A stretch of DNA of 32,625 nucleotides from Candidatus Woesearchaeota archaeon. Lineage in GTDB: Archaea > Nanobdellota > Nanobdellia > Pacearchaeales > GW2011-AR1. A program made the position numbers and the translations under genes. The DNA is taken from positions 1-32,625 of the forward strand of contig CAYXYT010000002.1 in assembly GCA_964469785.1 (NCBI GenBank), given 5' to 3'. This document shows positions 29,320 to 32,625 of this stretch, piece after piece (the first letter of the stretch is position 1; each line of letters starts with the position of its first letter). The notes under the pieces were generated by a model. The model ran no database searches. It worked only from the letters and a program-made list of their open reading frames with translations, and was not told where the DNA came from.

Positions 29320-29428
29320 TAAGGGGAACTTGTATTATTGACAAACATACTATAAAATAAGTAATGTCGTTAATATCCATTATCCTATTAATCTCGATGG
29401 GGGCGAGTATATTTAAGTATTAAAAGAA

Positions 29429-29644
29429 TTAATTAATATTTTTTAGTAAATCAAAATATTCTAAAATCTCCTCTAATCCAGTATATGTTGGACCGAGTGG
29501 ATTTAAAGAAATTAAGATGGGTCCTTTTTCTTCTGCATCAGAAGAATGTAAAAATTCGCAAGGAACATTATATCCCATACGTGTTTGACATACTTTTCTA
29601 CTCTCATCACTTGTAGAATATAGTAGATAATATTCTGGTTTCAT
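29429..29644 (-). CDS. Small 71-aa protein, possibly a degenerate glutaredoxin/thioredoxin-fold protein
   Basis: The ORF-track version (29429..29812) overlaps sepF by 164 nt. The internal ATG 29644 (MKPEYYLLYSTSDESRKVCQTRMGYNVPCEF...) starts 4 nt after the sepF stop. The fold suggestion is weak, since there is no CxxC. Confidence 0.4.
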   Translation of the reverse strand: MKPEYYLLYSTSDESRKVCQTRMGYNVPCEFLHSSDAEEKGPILISLNPLGPTYTGLEEILEYFDLLKNIN

Positions 29645-29648
29645 TTTT

Positions 29649-30041
29649 TCAATCAAACATATCTTTCTTTTTCTCTTTTGGCTTCCGGATTTGCTTGTGG
29701 ACTTTTGCAAAAGAAGGTGTTGCAATAACAAGATTTTCTCCAAAGCCGGCAATGCTTCCATCAAGAGCATCAATTGTTTTTTTAACTTTAGATATAGCTC
29801 TTTTAAGCTCAATTGAATCGCGCTGTCTTAAGGTTTTTATGTCAATCACTGCGATTGTAAATCCCTCGCGCAATGCAGCAAGAATCTCATTAACCTCCTC
29901 GTAATTTTTCAGAGAAAAAAGTTTCACAAGAACTTTTTGTTCTGGCTTTTCCTTTTCTAAATCAATTTCTATATACTCGCTCTCAATTGGTTCTCCTCTA
30001 ATTGAATCTGAAAAAGCTCTTTTTATTTTATCTATAACCAT
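29649..30041 (-). CDS. sepF: Cell division protein SepF (FtsZ-binding, DUF552 family)
   Basis: 130 aa. Core VLVKLFSLKNYEEVNEILAALREGFTIAVIDIKTL...DGSIAGFGENLVIATP matches the archaeal/bacterial SepF pattern. Confidence 0.7.
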   Translation of the reverse strand: MVIDKIKRAFSDSIRGEPIESEYIEIDLEKEKPEQKVLVKLFSLKNYEEVNEILAALREGFTIAVIDIKTLRQRDSIELKRAISKVKKTIDALDGSIAGFGENLVIATPSFAKVHKQIRKPKEKKKDMFD

Positions 30042-30062
30042 AATAAGTTTAACAGCAAGATG

Positions 30063-30070
30063 TTTATAAA
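30063..30070 (-). promoter_or_regulatory. Candidate BRE/TATA for sepF (leaderless spacing)
   Basis: GAAATC-TTTATAAA on the coding strand, 21 nt upstream of ATG 30041. Confidence 0.45.
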
Positions 30071-30096
30071 GATTTCGTCAGTTTTTTGCATATATT

Positions 30097-30411
30097 TTAT
30101 TTTTTGGGCGGGTTTTCTTTTTTTAGATTATCCAACCCCTCAAATAATAATTTTTCTTGTTTTTCTAGGGCTTGTAGACGAGAATCAAGGATTTTCTTTT
30201 TATCTGAAAGCTCTTTTTTTATTTTTGCTTTATCTGTCCTCAGCATCAAGTGACCAATTATCTTGAAGACCTCTTCGCCTGAATTTTCCAGTTCTTTTAA
30301 TGAGGCTTTTACCTCTGCTAATTCTATCCCAAAAGCTTGTTTCTGGAGAAGTAGATTCTGGATATTTTGTTCTATAATCTGACTTTGTTTGATTTGCTCT
30401 TCTTTTGCCAT
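30097..30411 (-). CDS. pfdB: Prefoldin beta subunit
   Basis: 104 aa, coiled-coil / beta-hairpin / coiled-coil pattern (QNLLLQKQAFGIELAEVKASLKELE...VFKIIGHLMLRTDKAKIKKEL...LEKQEKLL). Sits next to rpoP and rpl37ae, as in many archaea. Confidence 0.8.
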   Translation of the reverse strand: MAKEEQIKQSQIIEQNIQNLLLQKQAFGIELAEVKASLKELENSGEEVFKIIGHLMLRTDKAKIKKELSDKKKILDSRLQALEKQEKLLFEGLDNLKKENPPKK

Positions 30412-30416
30412 TTAAT

Positions 30417-30554
30417 TTATATTGCTTTTATTTTTTTAACTTTTGTTCTTGGTTTATAAAAAATCTTGCACCCGCACTTTGGACAAAGAAATCTTTTTTC
30501 AAGCGCTTTGCTAGTAACTTTTTTTCCGCACTTGAAACATTTATAGGTGGGCAT
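30417..30554 (-). CDS. rpoP: DNA-directed RNA polymerase subunit P (Rpo12); missed by the ORF track because it is only 45 aa
   Basis: My translation: MPTYKCFKCGKKVTSKALEKRFLCPKCGCKIFYKPRTKVKKIKAI. It has a CxxC...CxxC zinc ribbon, and the ...KPR....K.KAI end is typical of RpoP. Confidence 0.8.
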   Translation of the reverse strand: MPTYKCFKCGKKVTSKALEKRFLCPKCGCKIFYKPRTKVKKIKAI

Positions 30555-30556
30555 TT

Positions 30557-30772
30557 TCAGAATAAGCACTCGATATAATTTTTAATTTGTTCATAAATTT
30601 GTTGATGTTCAGTATAAAGCTTCTGTATCGCCGATAAGATAATTGTTCCTCCACCAACAACAAATGGTCCAGCCCTAAGGAACCTCTCTTCAGAAATTTC
30701 AAATCTTGATTTCTTTTCTATTTTTATTTCTTGTCCAGGTTCTCCTCTTAAATATTCTTCTAACGTTGCCAT
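30557..30772 (-). CDS. Hypothetical 71-aa protein between rpl37ae and rpoP
   Basis: ORF with tight spacing (2 nt to rpoP). No motif recognised. Confidence 0.45.
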   Translation of the reverse strand: MATLEEYLRGEPGQEIKIEKKSRFEISEERFLRAGPFVVGGGTIILSAIQKLYTEHQQIYEQIKNYIECLF

Positions 30773-30806
30773 GGTTATTCAATTTACAGCCCTTATTTAA
30801 ATTTTT

Positions 30807-31025
30807 TCATTTCAAATAATATGTATCAGAGGCAAATTTTTTATTGCATTTTTTACACTTCCATATTCCTTTTGAAAGTCTCTTGACGCCCTTTTTCTCG
30901 CAAAAAGGACATTTTTGTTTTTTTCTTTGTTTCTCTTCTACTTTAATTAATTTGCTTCTAACTCTTTTTCCGTATCTTGGACCAAATCTCCCTGCTGATT
31001 TTGTTTTTTTTAATTTTGTGGGCAT
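30807..31025 (-). CDS. rpl37ae: 50S ribosomal protein L37Ae (eL43)
   Basis: MPTKLKKTKSAGRFGPRYGKRVRSKL...CPFCEKKGVKRLSKGIWKCKKCNKKFA, a C4 zinc ribbon. The ORF-track start at 31088 is rejected because it runs through the tRNA gene. Confidence 0.9.
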   Translation of the reverse strand: MPTKLKKTKSAGRFGPRYGKRVRSKLIKVEEKQRKKQKCPFCEKKGVKRLSKGIWKCKKCNKKFASDTYYLK

Positions 31026-31036
31026 TTTAAATAAAA

Positions 31037-31110
31037 TGGGGTTACTGGGATTTGAACCCAGATCGCCGACTCCCAAAGCCGGAATCATCGCCAGATTAGA
31101 CCATAACCCC
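31037..31110 (-). tRNA. tRNA-Pro: tRNA-Pro (anticodon UGG), no encoded CCA
   Basis: Hand-folded 74-nt cloverleaf. Acceptor GGGGTTA/TAACCCC. D arm with GG. Anticodon stem CCGGC/GTCGG with loop TT-TGG-GA (G37). T arm CTGGG-TTCAAAT-CCCAG. Discriminator A. Followed by TTTTATTT. Confidence 0.85.
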
Positions 31111-31141
31111 CACTAAAAAAGAGCCGGAATGTTTTATAAAA

Positions 31142-31837
31142 CTATTTCTTTTCTGTTTCCTTTTCTTTCTTCTTCTCTTCTAATTTCTCCTCCTCAGCTT
31201 TCTCTTCTTTTGGTTTCTCTTCTTCTGGTTTCTCTTCTTCAACTTTCTCGGCCTCTGCTTCTTTCGCAGCCTCTTCTTTCTTAATTATTTCTTCCTGCTC
31301 AGCTTTCACCTCTTCAAAATACTTATCTAATTCTTCTCTTTTCTCTGCTGAAGTCTCTGTCTTTTCTCCATTTATCTCTTTATCATATTTCCCGTTGTCT
31401 ATCTCTTTCTCAATTTCCGTAGCTAACTTACTCTGAACCAGAATTCCCAAGGATGCGCAAGTTCCAACAATAGTTTTAACAGCTGATTTTAAATCTCTGG
31501 AAAGCAAGTTTGGGAGTTTTGTCCTTGCTATAGATATGATTTGTTCTATAGACATATTTCCCACATACAATTTCTTCTGGGTTCCAGAGCCTTTTTCAAT
31601 TCCAAGTTCTTTTTTTAATAATTCTGAAACAGGCGGAGAGAGAACACTAATCTCAAATTCTTTCGTCGAAGGACTAACCTCTAGCTCAACAGGGACTTTA
31701 AGTCCGTGAAAGTTTTTTGTTGATTCATTCACATTTTGTATTACCTTATTAATATTAATTCCCATTGGTCCTAGTTTCTGGCTTAAAGCTGGTCCGGGTT
31801 TCATATCTCCTCCTTCAACCAAAAGCTTAACTCTCAT
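31142..31837 (-). CDS. rpl11: 50S ribosomal protein L11 (uL11) with a ~70-aa Glu/Lys-rich C-terminal extension
   Basis: N-terminal ~160 aa match uL11 (VEGGDMKPGPALSQKLGPMGININKV...LKVPVELEV...). The tail reads ...EEKPEEEKPKEEKAEEEKLEEKKKEKETEKK. GGAGGT lies 7 nt upstream. Confidence 0.9.
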   Translation of the reverse strand: MRVKLLVEGGDMKPGPALSQKLGPMGININKVIQNVNESTKNFHGLKVPVELEVSPSTKEFEISVLSPPVSELLKKELGIEKGSGTQKKLYVGNMSIEQIISIARTKLPNLLSRDLKSAVKTIVGTCASLGILVQSKLATEIEKEIDNGKYDKEINGEKTETSAEKREELDKYFEEVKAEQEEIIKKEEAAKEAEAEKVEEEKPEEEKPKEEKAEEEKLEEKKKEKETEKK

Positions 31838-31844
31838 TCTACAA

Positions 31845-31850
31845 ACCTCC
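31845..31850 (-). promoter_or_regulatory. Shine-Dalgarno GGAGGT for rpl11 (internal operon gene)
   Basis: Plus strand ACCTCC at 31845-31850, 7 nt upstream of ATG 31837. Confidence 0.6.
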
Positions 31851-31883
31851 AGCGGGTTTCTAGTAGTTCCAGCAACCTATTAC

Positions 31884-32348
31884 TCATTCTTCTTCCTCCT
31901 CTCCTTCTTCTTCCTCACGTCTTATAACTCTAACATTATCTAATTTAAGTGTAACAGGCAAAGGCACAACAGCCCCCAATAAACTTACAACAACCTCTTC
32001 TTTTTGCTTGTCTATTCTTAAAACTTTTGCCTTTTCTTTCTTAAATGTATCTGAAATAATCTCAACTATGTCTCCCTTTTTTATAGAGATTGTACTTGCA
32101 GAAGGTTCAACCATATTTTTAATTTCTGCATACCCAATTGTTTTTCCAATAATTCCTTTGACATATGGCAGATTAAAAACAGCCTCTTCTGCAGAATCTC
32201 TATCTTCAGCTTCAAGCAAAATATATCCCCGTAATCCGTGTGGGCGTGAAACCGAGAAGACATTTAGCTCTTTTTTCTCGATGCGGTCAGCAATCATATC
32301 AACTGCTCTTTCTTCTTTATTCGTCGTGACTTTTATTATAAATATCAT
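31884..32348 (-). CDS. spt5: Transcription elongation factor Spt5 (archaeal NusG)
   Basis: NGN domain (IFIIKVTTNKEERAVDMI...LRGYILLEAED...LPYVKGII) followed by a KOW motif (KKGDIVEIISDTFKKEKAKVLRID). Immediately upstream of rpl11, as in the conserved archaeal cluster. Acidic tail EEEEGEEEEE. Confidence 0.9.
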   Translation of the reverse strand: MIFIIKVTTNKEERAVDMIADRIEKKELNVFSVSRPHGLRGYILLEAEDRDSAEEAVFNLPYVKGIIGKTIGYAEIKNMVEPSASTISIKKGDIVEIISDTFKKEKAKVLRIDKQKEEVVVSLLGAVVPLPVTLKLDNVRVIRREEEEGEEEEE

Positions 32349-32417
32349 TTAACTTTCCTTGTGTTTAATCTCCTTTTATTTAATTTCATCATCTTATTAA
32401 TTTTTGTCTAATCTCCT

Positions 32418-32466
32418 AGAGAATCAGAGATTCTCTGTGCCCCGAAAATCATAAAGATTTTCGCGG
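32418..32466. other. Two adjacent near-perfect hairpins in the region upstream of spt5
   Basis: Hairpin 1: AGAGAATC-AGA-GATTCTCT at 32418-32436, 8/8 bp. Hairpin 2: CCCCGAAAATC-ATAAA-GATTTTCGCGG at 32440-32466, 10/11 bp, followed on the plus strand by TTTTT. Confidence 0.6.
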
Positions 32467-32625
32467 TTTTTAAAAAGATTATTTAGCTCCGTCTACACCC
32501 TTAATTATTAAAGGAGTAGTAATAGTATTTAAAAATTGGGGTTTATAAATCTTCTCTTAAAAAAAGAATTTGTTGTATCCCGTTAATATTTCCTAACGAT
32601 ATATTAATTGGATTCTTCATTTTTT

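Noticed and set aside
29645-29812. The 29429.. ORF has a 5' extension that overlaps sepF by 164 nt.
   Set aside because: The overlap lies out of frame with a well-supported sepF. The internal ATG 4 nt after the sepF stop gives a compact 71-aa product.
31026-31088. The ORF track gives rpl37ae an N-terminal extension (MIPALGVGDLGSNPSNPILFK).
   Set aside because: These codons are the reverse-strand reading of the tRNA-Pro T-arm and anticodon region. The conserved eL43 N-terminus begins at MPTKLKK (ATG 31025).
32008-32352. A 114-aa plus-strand ORF lies antisense to spt5. A 60-aa minus-strand alternate-frame ORF lies at 32081..32263.
   Set aside because: spt5 is unambiguous (NGN plus KOW). The overlapping ORFs have no motifs.
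32380-32395. A C/D-box sRNA was considered, because of an AUGAUGA C-box-like string on the minus strand upstream of spt5.
   Set aside because: No downstream CUGA D box lies at a suitable distance and there is no terminal stem. The string is better explained as the tandem ATG start of the small uORF.
32543-32625. There may be a 3' end of a minus-strand gene running off the right edge (...KMKNPINISLGNINGIQQILFLREDL*), or a 25-aa small ORF. I checked whether it could be SecE.
   Set aside because: It is too short to judge, has no TM helix as expected for the SecE C-terminus, and its stop codon lies inside the TATA-like box. It cannot be supported from this window.
1-32625. A diversity-generating retroelement targeting the surface proteins was considered, since DGRs are common in DPANN genomes.
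   Set aside because: No reverse transcriptase ORF is present. I could not find any template/variable repeat pair with adenine-specific mismatches. The repeats present are intergenic and tandem.

Overview
The window is visibly AT-rich and densely packed, and reads as archaeal. It has TATA/BRE-type promoters, many apparently leaderless genes, and PCNA, an archaeo-eukaryotic primase, Spt5, RpoP, prefoldin beta, eL43 and SepF. The compact single-chain primase, the small archaeosortase-like gene and the many orphan surface proteins suggest a small-genome DPANN-type lineage (Pace-/Woesearchaeota-like). That lineage call is inference only.

Two housekeeping islands are present. One holds the primase and PCNA (7.8-10.1 kb). 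The other runs sepF, pfdB, rpoP, rpl37ae, tRNA-Pro, rpl11 and spt5 (29.4-32.4 kb). They flank a large accessory region of secreted or membrane-anchored proteins.

The most interesting part is a same-strand, partly overlapping gene cluster at 10.5-19.8 kb. It encodes six proteins with class III (type IV pilin-like) signal peptides. It also encodes two large cysteine-rich secreted proteins, an EF-hand lipoprotein-like protein, and an MNT/HEPN (MntA/HepT-like) pair packed into the same gene string. No pilus ATPase, platform protein or prepilin peptidase lies in the window.

Other content:
- a predicted S-layer protein gene with a candidate long structured leader
- an archaeosortase-like gene that appears to share a bidirectional TATA with a PAP2 phosphatase-like gene
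- C-terminally anchored surface proteins with a shared Cys-rich stalk module
- a 109-bp tandem repeat with conserved hairpins just after PCNA
- a family of short intergenic elements found immediately after three stop codons

All product calls come from motif recognition by eye. No database search was run.
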